From IMG/VR virus record IMGVR_UViG_3300002835_000125: 64,000 bases of DNA. One strand, 5' to 3'. Origin of the DNA: an uncultured virus (IMG/VR IMGVR_UViG_3300002835_000125) (lineage: Duplodnaviria; Heunggongvirae; Uroviricota; Caudoviricetes). A model generated the notes under the pieces. It saw nothing but the letters and a program-made list of their open reading frames with translations. It did no database searches and was not told the origin of the DNA. Below are positions 34,383 to 45,261 of this stretch, in pieces. A program made the translations under genes and the position numbers. Each line of letters starts with the position of its first letter. Positions within the stretch are counted from its first letter, which is position 1.

Positions 34383-35230
34383 TGAACAATAAAATTATAG
34401 ATTATATACCATATTCTGAATTGATGTCTCTTGTAAAACAAGAGATTAAATCATATGATAGTCAAGGATATATAAATGATGGAGACCTTATTCCAACGGT
34501 GATGTATTGCAATGAAAAGCTTGGAATACATATACATGAAGTTAAACAGGCTATAATTGAAATAAAGAACAATAAAGGAGATTTACCTAAAGATTTCCAT
34601 AAAGTGTTTTACATGGCTGCTTTATCTATGACTAATACTACAGTAACAAATTGGACAAATCCTTGGGACAATAGTAAAGACAGAACAGTAACCTATGATG
34701 CAGATTTTAAAAGAGGATGTATAGGATGTGAAGATAATGTTACAGTGATATATAAGAAATCAGGAGTTGACATAACACAATCTTATTATAATTGGCAAGA
34801 TTTAAAATTAAGCAATGGTCAATATGCTTATATAGGATGTCCAAATATTAATAGTAAGTCGAAGAATCAAGTGGATATTGATATAGAGAATGGAGAGATT
34901 ACAACAGGATTTAGAACTGGAGAAATATATATGATGTATGTAGCAAATATGCTAAGTGAAGAAGGTGAGATACTTATCCCTTTCCATCCACTTATAACTC
35001 CTTGGTATGTATGGAGTTGTGTAGACCAAGTTATTAAATCCATGATATTTGATACAGATGAAGATTTGAATAAGTTAAAAATGCAAAGAGAATTAGCACA
35101 GGATGAAAAGGATAAATCATGGATAACATCTTATAATTTTGCAAATACAAAAGAGTTTATGGCTTGGCAACAAGACCAAAAGAAGCAACAACTTTCTTGG
35201 TGGAAGAGATGGTTTAGAATTATTCAATAA
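34382..35230 (+). CDS. putative tail ring / tubular protein
   Basis: GDLPKDF, ITTGFRTGEIYMMY...EGEILIP; directly upstream of muzzle gene. Confidence 0.7.
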   Translation: MNNKIIDYIPYSELMSLVKQEIKSYDSQGYINDGDLIPTVMYCNEKLGIHIHEVKQAIIEIKNNKGDLPKDFHKVFYMAALSMTNTTVTNWTNPWDNSKDRTVTYDADFKRGCIGCEDNVTVIYKKSGVDITQSYYNWQDLKLSNGQYAYIGCPNINSKSKNQVDIDIENGEITTGFRTGEIYMMYVANMLSEEGEILIPFHPLITPWYVWSCVDQVIKSMIFDTDEDLNKLKMQRELAQDEKDKSWITSYNFANTKEFMAWQQDQKKQQLSWWKRWFRIIQ

Positions 35231-38200
35231 TGGAGTTACAAAATTTACGAAATCAAGATGTAAAGGTTACATCAAGTGCTAAGATGATAAAAGACTTGAA
35301 CGAAAGTTATTTCGGACAAGATGTTTATTATCAAGCAAGAAATATGTGTACCATATCTCATGATGGTAATAGAGGAACTATTCAAACTGAACCTGCAAAC
35401 AAGTTCTTATTTGAAGCTCCATATAAAATTATAAATATAACACCCTTACCAGAAGAGAATCAATATCTTGTATTTAGTACTGATAATACAAATTCAGAGA
35501 TAGGGATATATAATGGTGTTTATTCAAAGATTACAGATAATAAATGTCTTAATTTTAACTATAATTTTCCTATAAAAGCTGTTGTAAAAAAGGATTTTAA
35601 TAAGGATGTTGTTATTACCTTTACAGATAAATATAATCCTGTAAGAAGAGCTACATTAAAAGAGTTAAAAACATTAACAAGTTGTGATGATATTCTTCTT
35701 TGGAAGAAAATTACAATTCCAAGTATAAATATAGATAAGGGTAATTTCGGAAACCTTCCAAATGGAGCTTATTCTGTACTATTAAATTATACTATAGATA
35801 AAAAAAAATATAGTGATTATTATCTTTGTAAGGATAAAATTCATTTATTTAATAAAGTTGATAATAGTAGTTCTTTAGAAATTGAAATAGGTAACCTTGA
35901 TAAAGAATTTATAGAATATGAACTTATATTAATATCAAATCCAAATGGTGTAAAAACTGCTTATAGACAAGGATATTACAGTACAAATCAAAATAAAATT
36001 ATAATATCTGATTTAGGTGTAGAACAAATACAACTTTCTGATTTAGTTATAAAGAATAGAACTTGGCAAAAAGCAGGTATAATAAGTTCGAATAGTAACT
36101 ATCTTATATTAGCAGATTTAGTGCAAAGGAAGGAATTGAATTATCAATTAAAAGCTATGAATATCAAAGCTGAATATGTTGTAACTCAAGTTCCATACGA
36201 TTATTATAAAAATGAAGGAAAGGATTTTGGATATTATAGAGATGAAAGGTATTCATTTGATATAGAAGGATTATATAATACTGGAGAAACAACAGCTTCA
36301 TATCATATAGCTGGCCCAAAACCCAAACCTTGGGACATATCTCAAGCATCTGGTTCTGATGTATTTGAATATGAAGATTCATTTAAAGAATGTGATAAAC
36401 CTGATGTAGTATATAACTATCAAGTGTATAATACAGCAGGTGATATGATACCTGTTCAAGAAGAGTTTAAGTGTAATAGAAGAGTTATAGGATATGGAGA
36501 TATGGGTTTTTGGCAATCTACAGAACGTCTTAATGAAAATAAAGAACTTTTCGGAGAAGATGCTGGTAAAAATCAAAGACATTTTATGTTTCCAAATGAA
36601 GAGAAGGTTCCAAGATTCTCAATTATAAATGGTAGAACATATATTAATATATTGGGTATTAGATTTAAAAATATCCCTTCTTTTGAAGACTCTGATATAA
36701 TAGGATATAGAATATTAAGAAGAGATAGAGAAGGAAACAGAAGCGTTATAGCAAGAGGAATGCTTCATAACACAAGAAGTTATTTTGATAATCAAAATCA
36801 ACAAGAAGTTTATTATTCTAACTACCCTTTCAATGACCTATCTCCTGACACATATCATTCAGAGACTCAAACAGTATTCAAGAATAAAAGAGAGTCTAAA
36901 TTTAAAGCACCTACTAAATATTATAAAGACAAGTTCAACTTCTACACTCCACACGCTTATTTCTTTGAGAAATATCGTATGGGACCAGAATTTAGAATTG
37001 AGAGTGAAGAATATGGACAAGTTAATGGTAAGTTTGAAAAAGTATATAATCATCCGAGAGCAATATTATTAAATCAAACAGCATTCTGGATAGCTTCCGC
37101 TGTAGGATTTATAGAGAGTACATTAGTATTATTAGGAAGTAGTAATTTAGAGACAAGTAATAATGCAAACTTAGGAATAGGTGGTGGAATACAAGCAGAT
37201 GCTAAGACAATATATAATATAAAAACATTTGATGACTTATTAAGAGTAGACCCTATAGCATTAGGTATTGAAATTGCTTCACAAATAACAAACCCTATAG
37301 GGCAAGCTAAGTTAATTCCTATAATTAGAAATATACTAACCTTATTAGCAAGTGCTGCTATAAAGCTTCCATATTCATTATTAAAAGGGATTGAAACTGC
37401 TGATATATTAATAGAGAGTATAGAAAAGTTTAGTAGACCAATAGATTATGCATATCAATATAATAGTTCTGTTTTATATAATCAACAAGCAAAGATACAA
37501 GATGGTAATAAAAGAAGATATGCTATAGATACACCGTTCTATTTATCTTCTGCTCTTCATACTGTAAATGACAAGATATATAATAATGCATTCAGAGAGA
37601 ATAGTGTATTCATAGAATTTAATAAAGAACTTAAAGACCCATCTAAAAAAGATGATAGTAGAAATACAATAAGTGGTTTTAATCTTTGTGATAAGGATAT
37701 TAAATCATTTCAAGCTCAAAGTTCTTCATATTATACAACTTCTAGGATATTTAATCCAAATCAATATGGACAAATTGGTTCAGCATTACCCATCTTAATT
37801 TCTGAAGTTATTTCTAATTATGAAGAAACTCCTGTATTATTTGGTGGAGATTGTGTTATAGCTCGTTTTCAAATCCAGAAGAGACATAAGTTCTTTTCTC
37901 AAGATTTAGCAGCTAATACCTTTCCAGATAAAACAGAGTATGATTATAGACTTTATAGGAATATAGCATATCCAAGATTTTGGATAGACACTACTAAATT
38001 TAGCTTTGCTGGTATATTAACAAGAAATATTGTAAATGAATCTACATTTACAAGAACTACTACATCAAAGTATAATCTTGATTGTAGAGACACAGGAGGA
38101 AATCCATATGTTGTAGATAATGCTTATTTCTACACTTCTGCAAATGGAGTAATGGATTTCTTTTGTGAAGTGGATTATAACATATCATTCAGAGAAGATA

Positions 38201-39753
38201 CTCAATATCCTCATTATTCAGAAGATAATACAAATATATCATTAATATTCAGAGCAGATAACTTAAAATATCCAGAAGAATTTAAACTCAATAGAGCCTT
38301 TAAAGATTTATATAGTAAAGAATATTTCAATCAACAATTAAGACTTGATTTTTCAGAAGATGCCTCTTTCCCTGTAAATCAAGAAAATAGTGTAATATAT
38401 TCACTCCCTTCTTTTAACTTGCAAAGTATAGATAATTGGAGATACTTTCTTCCAAATAACTTCTTTTCATTCAGAGAAAGTGATTTTGGTATATTAACAG
38501 GAATACATAAACTTGACCAAGATAGGCTCATATTCTTAATGTCCAGAAGTTCTCCATATATTTCTATGGGAAGAGACTTCTTAGAATTAGAACAGAGTGG
38601 TAGAAAGATTACAATAGGAGATGGTGGACTTTTTGCTCAAGACCCAAGAGAAATTATGCCCACTGATAATAACTATGGTTCTACAAAATCTCCATATGCA
38701 TTCTCAAATACCCATATGGGTAGATATTATGTATCAGCAGACCAAGGAAGAATATTCTCATTCACAGAAGGTATAGATGATATAACAAGACAAGGACTTG
38801 ACCAATGGACTAATTTTTACATGCCATTCCAATTAAAGGTGTGGTTTCCAAATTATACACTTGGAGAAAATCCTTTAATATCATATGGATATTACACAAT
38901 ATTTGATAGTTCTTTAGGAATTGTATATGTTACAAAAAGAGATTTTGTTCCAAAACATGAATATAAAGATAAAATAACATGCGTAGATAACAAGTTTTAT
39001 TTTGATGGATTGGAAATAGATTTACACTCAATATATTTTAAAGACATATCATGGACTCTATCATACTCACCCGAAGAAAAAGGATTTGTTTCCTATCATG
39101 ATTGGCATCCTGATTATGTAGTGCAAACTGATAATCACTTCTTAACAGTGAAAGATAATACAGTGTGGGAACATAATAATAGAACTGATTTATTTTGTAA
39201 CTATTACGATAAAGATTATCCATATGAAATAGAACCTATATTCAAATCTAATGAAACAGAGATTATTAATTCAATAGAATATAAAGGAGAACATTATAAA
39301 TATAAACCTAATCAGATTGATAAATTTCATGTTCTAAATGAAAACTTTGATACACTTATTGTAAGCAATTCTGAACAGATATCCCCGATGTTATATTTGA
39401 AACTACAGAACTCATTGAAGGATAGAGTATTATATCAAGACGGTGTAAGAAAAGGAGAAGGTTATGAAATTCTATTTACTAAAGAACAGCAGGAATATAG
39501 AATAAATCAATTTTGGGACTCTGTAAAAGACAGAGGAGAATTTACAAATGCAGAATATCACTTGTGGCATAATGATGAAAGTGGGTATAAAAAGGTGATA
39601 AATCCTGTAGCTGTGGATTTGAATAAACCCATTATACAAAGAAAGAAATTCAGACATGATTGGGTGAAATTCTTCTTTGCAAAATCTGTTGTAGGGGCTG
39701 TAAAGCATATAACAAAACTGTTCAAAATTAAAAAAACAATTTCCATACGATGA
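35230..39753 (+). CDS. tail muzzle / stabilisation protein (P22 gp10-like)
   Basis: 1507 aa; FTDKYNPVR, GYYRDERYSF, FGGD, WTLSYS...FVSYHDW motifs of crAss muzzle proteins. Confidence 0.8.
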   Translation: MELQNLRNQDVKVTSSAKMIKDLNESYFGQDVYYQARNMCTISHDGNRGTIQTEPANKFLFEAPYKIINITPLPEENQYLVFSTDNTNSEIGIYNGVYSKITDNKCLNFNYNFPIKAVVKKDFNKDVVITFTDKYNPVRRATLKELKTLTSCDDILLWKKITIPSINIDKGNFGNLPNGAYSVLLNYTIDKKKYSDYYLCKDKIHLFNKVDNSSSLEIEIGNLDKEFIEYELILISNPNGVKTAYRQGYYSTNQNKIIISDLGVEQIQLSDLVIKNRTWQKAGIISSNSNYLILADLVQRKELNYQLKAMNIKAEYVVTQVPYDYYKNEGKDFGYYRDERYSFDIEGLYNTGETTASYHIAGPKPKPWDISQASGSDVFEYEDSFKECDKPDVVYNYQVYNTAGDMIPVQEEFKCNRRVIGYGDMGFWQSTERLNENKELFGEDAGKNQRHFMFPNEEKVPRFSIINGRTYINILGIRFKNIPSFEDSDIIGYRILRRDREGNRSVIARGMLHNTRSYFDNQNQQEVYYSNYPFNDLSPDTYHSETQTVFKNKRESKFKAPTKYYKDKFNFYTPHAYFFEKYRMGPEFRIESEEYGQVNGKFEKVYNHPRAILLNQTAFWIASAVGFIESTLVLLGSSNLETSNNANLGIGGGIQADAKTIYNIKTFDDLLRVDPIALGIEIASQITNPIGQAKLIPIIRNILTLLASAAIKLPYSLLKGIETADILIESIEKFSRPIDYAYQYNSSVLYNQQAKIQDGNKRRYAIDTPFYLSSALHTVNDKIYNNAFRENSVFIEFNKELKDPSKKDDSRNTISGFNLCDKDIKSFQAQSSSYYTTSRIFNPNQYGQIGSALPILISEVISNYEETPVLFGGDCVIARFQIQKRHKFFSQDLAANTFPDKTEYDYRLYRNIAYPRFWIDTTKFSFAGILTRNIVNESTFTRTTTSKYNLDCRDTGGNPYVVDNAYFYTSANGVMDFFCEVDYNISFREDTQYPHYSEDNTNISLIFRADNLKYPEEFKLNRAFKDLYSKEYFNQQLRLDFSEDASFPVNQENSVIYSLPSFNLQSIDNWRYFLPNNFFSFRESDFGILTGIHKLDQDRLIFLMSRSSPYISMGRDFLELEQSGRKITIGDGGLFAQDPREIMPTDNNYGSTKSPYAFSNTHMGRYYVSADQGRIFSFTEGIDDITRQGLDQWTNFYMPFQLKVWFPNYTLGENPLISYGYYTIFDSSLGIVYVTKRDFVPKHEYKDKITCVDNKFYFDGLEIDLHSIYFKDISWTLSYSPEEKGFVSYHDWHPDYVVQTDNHFLTVKDNTVWEHNNRTDLFCNYYDKDYPYEIEPIFKSNETEIINSIEYKGEHYKYKPNQIDKFHVLNENFDTLIVSNSEQISPMLYLKLQNSLKDRVLYQDGVRKGEGYEILFTKEQQEYRINQFWDSVKDRGEFTNAEYHLWHNDESGYKKVINPVAVDLNKPIIQRKKFRHDWVKFFFAKSVVGAVKHITKLFKIKKTISIR

Positions 39754-40925
39754 AATACGGACAATCTAAATGGTGCTACAAATGTGGCGGTGCTAAAATG
39801 AATATCGGAGGAGAATCTAAAGACCAGCCTATAAATAATACTTCTACAACTCCTGATAAATTTTTATCAGCAATACGAAATAGAGAAGGTATATATGGTA
39901 CAAAAGAAGGAGGTTCTTTTCTTAGAACATGGATGGATACAGATGATGGTAAACAGATATTTAAACAAATGGGTGTAACTCCTGTATATGGTCCTGCTAA
40001 TAGTATATTAGGTTGGGGAAAAGGTGATTTCTTTTTAACAAATCCAGATGATAACTCAAGAGCAAATGTAAATAAAGCGGATTTGGATATGATAAATAAT
40101 CCAAAAGAGTTAAAAAAATATCTTTTAATGAGAGGTTTTAAACCTGTTAATTCAGAAGGAGAACTTTCTATATTTAAAAAAGGAGGAGGATTTGGTTCTG
40201 TAAAACAATATAGAAATCTTGACCAACTTCCATTCTTTCAAGGGGGAGGACAATTACCTATAATGCAAAAGGCTGGGTATAGTCCATATTACACAGGACA
40301 ACAATATAATGATATACCTTTACCACAAGAGGAAGTAGATAAACAAAGAAGAGCTTTAGAAATGAAATCAGATTGGGAAACATTCAATCCTAATATGGTT
40401 TATGAAAATAGAAATGGTTTAGGAAATGTACAAAGTCCTCAAGCAGACTCTGATTATCAAGTTCAACAATCTTTTGATAAATCCACTCAAAATTTATTAG
40501 GCAAGGGCAGAAGATTTGATGATAATGCAAATTTAAAAAATCGTAGATTTAATGCTATGGGAATTGGAAACATGATTAATTATGGAATAGCAGGTTTTGC
40601 TGGAATGGCAGATAGAAATATGCAACAACAATATGTTAGCAGAATGCAAAATAATCCTTTAAGTGGAATACTTCCTTTCAATGACATGCGTTCTGATAAT
40701 GTAGAATATGGGTATAACACAATGCAAAAAGGTGGAATTGCAAATGCTGTTTATATAGGAGAAAATCCATTTTTAGATTTATTTAAAAACGGAGGAATGA
40801 TAAAAAGGAAAGATGGAAGCTATTCTAAAAGAGGTCTTTGGGATAATATTCGTGCTAACAAAGGAAGTGGTAAAAAACCTACTAAAGAAATGATAGAACA
40901 AGAAAGAAAAATTAAAAACAAATAA
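39750..40925 (+). CDS. putative virion cargo protein with xQxGG motifs
   Basis: After muzzle gene; repeated FKKGG/FQGGG/MQKGG/FKNGG. Confidence 0.7.
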   Translation: MKYGQSKWCYKCGGAKMNIGGESKDQPINNTSTTPDKFLSAIRNREGIYGTKEGGSFLRTWMDTDDGKQIFKQMGVTPVYGPANSILGWGKGDFFLTNPDDNSRANVNKADLDMINNPKELKKYLLMRGFKPVNSEGELSIFKKGGGFGSVKQYRNLDQLPFFQGGGQLPIMQKAGYSPYYTGQQYNDIPLPQEEVDKQRRALEMKSDWETFNPNMVYENRNGLGNVQSPQADSDYQVQQSFDKSTQNLLGKGRRFDDNANLKNRRFNAMGIGNMINYGIAGFAGMADRNMQQQYVSRMQNNPLSGILPFNDMRSDNVEYGYNTMQKGGIANAVYIGENPFLDLFKNGGMIKRKDGSYSKRGLWDNIRANKGSGKKPTKEMIEQERKIKNK

Positions 40926-40926
40926 T

Positions 40927-41187
40927 ATGTATTTTTATCAACAAGGTGGAATGGTTCCCGAAGAAGCCATGATGGAACAAGAAGAACAAGGTAATCCAGA
41001 AGAACAGATTGCAATGCAAATAATGGAAGCTTTCCAACAATTAAGTCCAGAAATGCAAATGCAACTTATGGAAGCAATGGCTCAAATGGTACAACAAGGG
41101 CAACAACAAGAAGCCCCAATGCAACAAGAAAGTATTCCTATGCAAAAATATGGTGGAAAGAAAAAAGGTGGTAATCCCTATAAGTAA
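40927..41187 (+). CDS. Q/M/E-rich small cargo-like protein
   Basis: YQQGG start, MQKYGG and GGNPYK end. Confidence 0.75.
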   Translation: MYFYQQGGMVPEEAMMEQEEQGNPEEQIAMQIMEAFQQLSPEMQMQLMEAMAQMVQQGQQQEAPMQQESIPMQKYGGKKKGGNPYK

Positions 41188-41192
41188 TTAAT

Positions 41193-44100
41193 ATGGCAAG
41201 AAGAAACTCTGGAACAAGATTTATATTTGGTATAGATACTAAACCTATGAAGTTTAAAGGATTCAAATCATCTGGAAATCCTTTCAGAGGAGCTATACTT
41301 ATGCAAGAAGGTGGTATTAAATCTGATACTATATCTTGTTCTAATTGTGGATGGAGTTGGAAAAAGTCCGAAGGTGGTAATGATGCTACTACATGTCATA
41401 AATGTGGTAATGTTAATTCTATGCAAGATGGTGGAAGTAAAAAACCTTCTTTAGAAGAAGTTTGGAAACTTTCTCAAAATGCTACACCTATTATTCCTAA
41501 ACCTGCCCCTGCTAAACCTTTCAAACAAGTTAAAATAGGTCCAACTACTCAGGATAAAACAGATGCTTTAAGATTGCAAATGGAAGAAGAAGAAAAACAA
41601 AGAAGTATCCAAGCTGCTATAGAATCTGCAAGAAATAATAAAATTGGTACTGCTCCTATTAGAACTTCTTACGAACAAGCTCAAATTGATAAACAAGTAA
41701 AAGCTGCACAAGAAAAAGCACTTGATGGTAATTTTAATTATAAAAAAGGAGATGATGGATTTTATGTACCAAATTACGGAAGTACAGGTGCTAAATTTGC
41801 AGCAGTTTCTGAAAAAGCTTCAGACAGATTATTAGAACCTGCTTTTTATGCTGGTAATATTGCAGGAGCACCTTCTTTATTAAGACACACTCCACAATTT
41901 CTTAATTTAATGGGACGAGAATTAGGAAGAGTAGGAAATAAAATTGGTAGAGTTATTGATAATGTTAATTTACCTTCTATAAATACCTTACAAGTAGATG
42001 TAGGTAGAACTTTATTAAATAATAAGTCTTGGAAAGATAAAATGTTAAAAGGTATAGATGAAGGAAATCAATGGTCAAAAGAATGGTTTTCACATCCTAT
42101 AACTAAAGAAAGATATAATAATTTTTTATATAGAGGAAATCCTTATTTAACAGAAAAAGCAGCTTTAGAAAATTCTAACATTGGAGACGTATTTGGTAAT
42201 ATAGATGTTTCTAAACATGATTATATAAAAGGTATTAATTTAGATAAATCTTTTGCTGCTAAAAATCATGCTACTGTAGCAAGAAATAATTATGATAAAT
42301 TATTAGAAGAAGGTAAATTAACAAAAGGTGTAACAGAATTACTTGACCCAAGTAGAAATACTTTGGGTAGATATAGTTATTCACCAAATGATGCTAAACT
42401 TGATATACTTCATCCAAGTTTTTTAACTAAAGGTTTTAAACCTAAAGAGACAACAATACATGAAAATATACATATGTTAACAAGAGGTGATAAGGCTATG
42501 TTACCAGAATCTAAAAAATTATTAAAATCTCCTTTTAAACACGTTGATGATAAATACGATAAATATTTAACGGAACCTACAGAAATACATGCAAGAATAG
42601 GAGAAATAAGAAGTAATTTTAATTTAACTCCAGATGCAGTAATTTATGACGAATTAGTAGATGATATAATAAAACAAGGATTAAAAGGTAAAACTTCTGT
42701 AGATAAACAATTTTTTAAGCTTATAAAAGATAAAGAAGCATTTAAAAATGTTTTACAAAATGTTCCTGTAACAACTGGGGTAATATTAGGAGCAGGAGCA
42801 TTACAACAAAAACAAAAAGGTGGACCTATAGTAGACCCAATGGGACAATATAATCATCCCGGAAAGGAAACTATTATTCCAACACAAGATGGTAGAATAA
42901 CAATGAAAAATATTCCATATCCTATAATAGGAATTGATGAAACTGGACAAACTCAATTTATGCGCCCGAATGGAGAATATCAATTCAGAGGAAAGAGAGT
43001 TCATGAAATTCCTTTAATGCAACAAGGTGGGTCAATAGTTGACTTCCTAGTATCTCAAGGAAAAGACCACAGAATGTCAGCAAGAAAAAAGATTGCTGAA
43101 GATATAGGAATTCAAAACTATTCTGGTACTGCTGAACAAAACTTAAAAATGCTTTTAGCACTTAGAGGAAATCAAAATACACAATCCACAAATAAAAATA
43201 CAAAAGTAGTAAATCTGAATATTCCTGAATATTTTGGAGGAGCACCTAAGACAACAGTAATTAATCCTAAAGGTAAAGGAGTACTATTAAATGTTCCACA
43301 AAATCTTATTTATAATGAACCTAAAAAAGAAACAGTAAAAGAGAAAAAAATAGTACAATTTCCAAAACAAAGATTTATACAATCACCGTCTTCAAATATT
43401 ATTGCTGATTCTCCTGAATCAAGGAAAATGAATATTATGAAACAGGATAGTAAAGATTTAGGAATAAATGATTTTGCAAAAAAGTATAAACAATTAATTA
43501 AAGCATCAGAACCAGGATTACTTAATTTAGGAGTAAATTATATAGCAAGGCAGTATCAAAAAATGTTTGGTGATGATGAAAAAGCTATTTCGAGAATAGA
43601 ACAACCTAAAAATAATATAAAAATAGATACTACTAATAATCAAAATAACATTAAAAATGTAATTCCTTTTATTCCACCAATTATTACAGGAGACACTCTT
43701 TGGGATTCAAAAGAAAGAGGTACTTATCATATTCCAGAAGTAATTGATTTAAATAGAGTAAAGTTAGGAGCAAGAAATAGAGGAGAAAATACTCCTGTAG
43801 AATCAGATGGATTTATATTTGGTGCTTTTGGAAGACCGGGTTCGGATGAATCTAAAGGATATACTAAAGTAAGAAATTTAGATAATGATGTATTTGATGA
43901 TAAAGTATACATAGGGATAGATGATAATGGTGACTTTAAATTAGATTATGGTAAAAATATTAGAGGTAAAAAACTTAAAGGATATCAAGTAAACCTAGAT
44001 ACGGTTAAGTCTTTTGCATGGGAAGGAAATAATGTTAAACAACAAAGAGACAATGGTAATGCAGGTTCTAATGTACCTATATATACTAGACCTGATGGAA

Positions 44101-45260
44101 CAGAAGGAACAGTTAATTTATTAATGCCTAGGAATAATAAAAATAGAGAAGATGTTTTTAGTACTATTTCTGGAGGTAGAGTTGTTGTTAGTACACCAGA
44201 TTTGAAAAGACAATTTATGTTATCAGGTTCTGTTAGAACTATTAGTGAACAATTAGAAAAGTTTAAAAAAGATAACAATGTAGACCATGTACTTTTAACA
44301 CATGTTGATAATGGTTCTTATTCAAGAGGGTATAGAAATAGTAGCGGACTTATAAGTAACTATGGATGGAGTGAACATGATGCTCGTAATAATACAGGTG
44401 GAGCAGGATTTTATTTAAAAGGAAAGGGATATCAAAAAGGAGGATTAATTAATCCTTATAAAATGAAACAAGGTGGACTTTCTATGCAAGATGCTTATAA
44501 GTTCTTATTTGATGATGAAGAAGAAACTACAGATGTAGAAAATATAACAGCACCTTCAGATAAAGAACTTGAAGAGCAATACGCATTAGGGGAAAAAAAT
44601 GCGGCAAAGAAATATGGAAGACAATTAAGAGCCATGAAGAATAATCAAGCTGCTATGCAATTGATTAATGATAATGGAGAACTTAGTTTTGATAATTATA
44701 TTTCTCCAAAACAAGGTTCAAATCCATATAAATCACAATCTTCATCTACAAGCAATTTAAAAGGAACAACATTAGAAAGAGCAAAACAAGCTGTAGATTA
44801 TTTACAAACACAACATGGATTACCAAAACACGTAGCAGCAGGTATAGCTGGAAATGCTGTTCAAGAATCAAGCTTTAGCGACTCTGTAATATCAGGAAAT
44901 AGAAAAGGTGATAATGGACAATCATTCGGATTATTTCAGTGGTATAAAGATAGAAATAAAGGATTCTTTAATTGGGCTAAACAAAACAATAAAAATCCTT
45001 ATGATTATAAAACTCAATTAGACTATGGTGTAATTGAAGCAAAGCAAAGAGGTGATTTACAACATGTTTTAAATACAACAAATGCTGCTCAAGCTGCAAA
45101 TGTTTGGAGAGATAGATTTGAAAAACCTGCTGTAAAGGATGGAAACAGAGCTTACTTTGCAAATGAATTAATGAAGTATAAAGTTGGTGGTGAATATGAT
45201 GTAGACACACAGACACTATTAGAATTGAGAAGACAAGGATATAAATATAAAATCATTTAA
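41193..45260 (+). CDS. multidomain cargo protein: Zn ribbon, zincin-like, DUF3597-like, phage tail lysozyme
   Basis: CSNC..CHKC; HENIH...EIHAR; SIVDFL...RKKIA...YSGTAEQN; AAGIAGNAVQES...GLFQW...QLDY...FEKP. Confidence 0.8.
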   Translation: MARRNSGTRFIFGIDTKPMKFKGFKSSGNPFRGAILMQEGGIKSDTISCSNCGWSWKKSEGGNDATTCHKCGNVNSMQDGGSKKPSLEEVWKLSQNATPIIPKPAPAKPFKQVKIGPTTQDKTDALRLQMEEEEKQRSIQAAIESARNNKIGTAPIRTSYEQAQIDKQVKAAQEKALDGNFNYKKGDDGFYVPNYGSTGAKFAAVSEKASDRLLEPAFYAGNIAGAPSLLRHTPQFLNLMGRELGRVGNKIGRVIDNVNLPSINTLQVDVGRTLLNNKSWKDKMLKGIDEGNQWSKEWFSHPITKERYNNFLYRGNPYLTEKAALENSNIGDVFGNIDVSKHDYIKGINLDKSFAAKNHATVARNNYDKLLEEGKLTKGVTELLDPSRNTLGRYSYSPNDAKLDILHPSFLTKGFKPKETTIHENIHMLTRGDKAMLPESKKLLKSPFKHVDDKYDKYLTEPTEIHARIGEIRSNFNLTPDAVIYDELVDDIIKQGLKGKTSVDKQFFKLIKDKEAFKNVLQNVPVTTGVILGAGALQQKQKGGPIVDPMGQYNHPGKETIIPTQDGRITMKNIPYPIIGIDETGQTQFMRPNGEYQFRGKRVHEIPLMQQGGSIVDFLVSQGKDHRMSARKKIAEDIGIQNYSGTAEQNLKMLLALRGNQNTQSTNKNTKVVNLNIPEYFGGAPKTTVINPKGKGVLLNVPQNLIYNEPKKETVKEKKIVQFPKQRFIQSPSSNIIADSPESRKMNIMKQDSKDLGINDFAKKYKQLIKASEPGLLNLGVNYIARQYQKMFGDDEKAISRIEQPKNNIKIDTTNNQNNIKNVIPFIPPIITGDTLWDSKERGTYHIPEVIDLNRVKLGARNRGENTPVESDGFIFGAFGRPGSDESKGYTKVRNLDNDVFDDKVYIGIDDNGDFKLDYGKNIRGKKLKGYQVNLDTVKSFAWEGNNVKQQRDNGNAGSNVPIYTRPDGTEGTVNLLMPRNNKNREDVFSTISGGRVVVSTPDLKRQFMLSGSVRTISEQLEKFKKDNNVDHVLLTHVDNGSYSRGYRNSSGLISNYGWSEHDARNNTGGAGFYLKGKGYQKGGLINPYKMKQGGLSMQDAYKFLFDDEEETTDVENITAPSDKELEEQYALGEKNAAKKYGRQLRAMKNNQAAMQLINDNGELSFDNYISPKQGSNPYKSQSSSTSNLKGTTLERAKQAVDYLQTQHGLPKHVAAGIAGNAVQESSFSDSVISGNRKGDNGQSFGLFQWYKDRNKGFFNWAKQNNKNPYDYKTQLDYGVIEAKQRGDLQHVLNTTNAAQAANVWRDRFEKPAVKDGNRAYFANELMKYKVGGEYDVDTQTLLELRRQGYKYKII

Positions 45261-45261
45261 A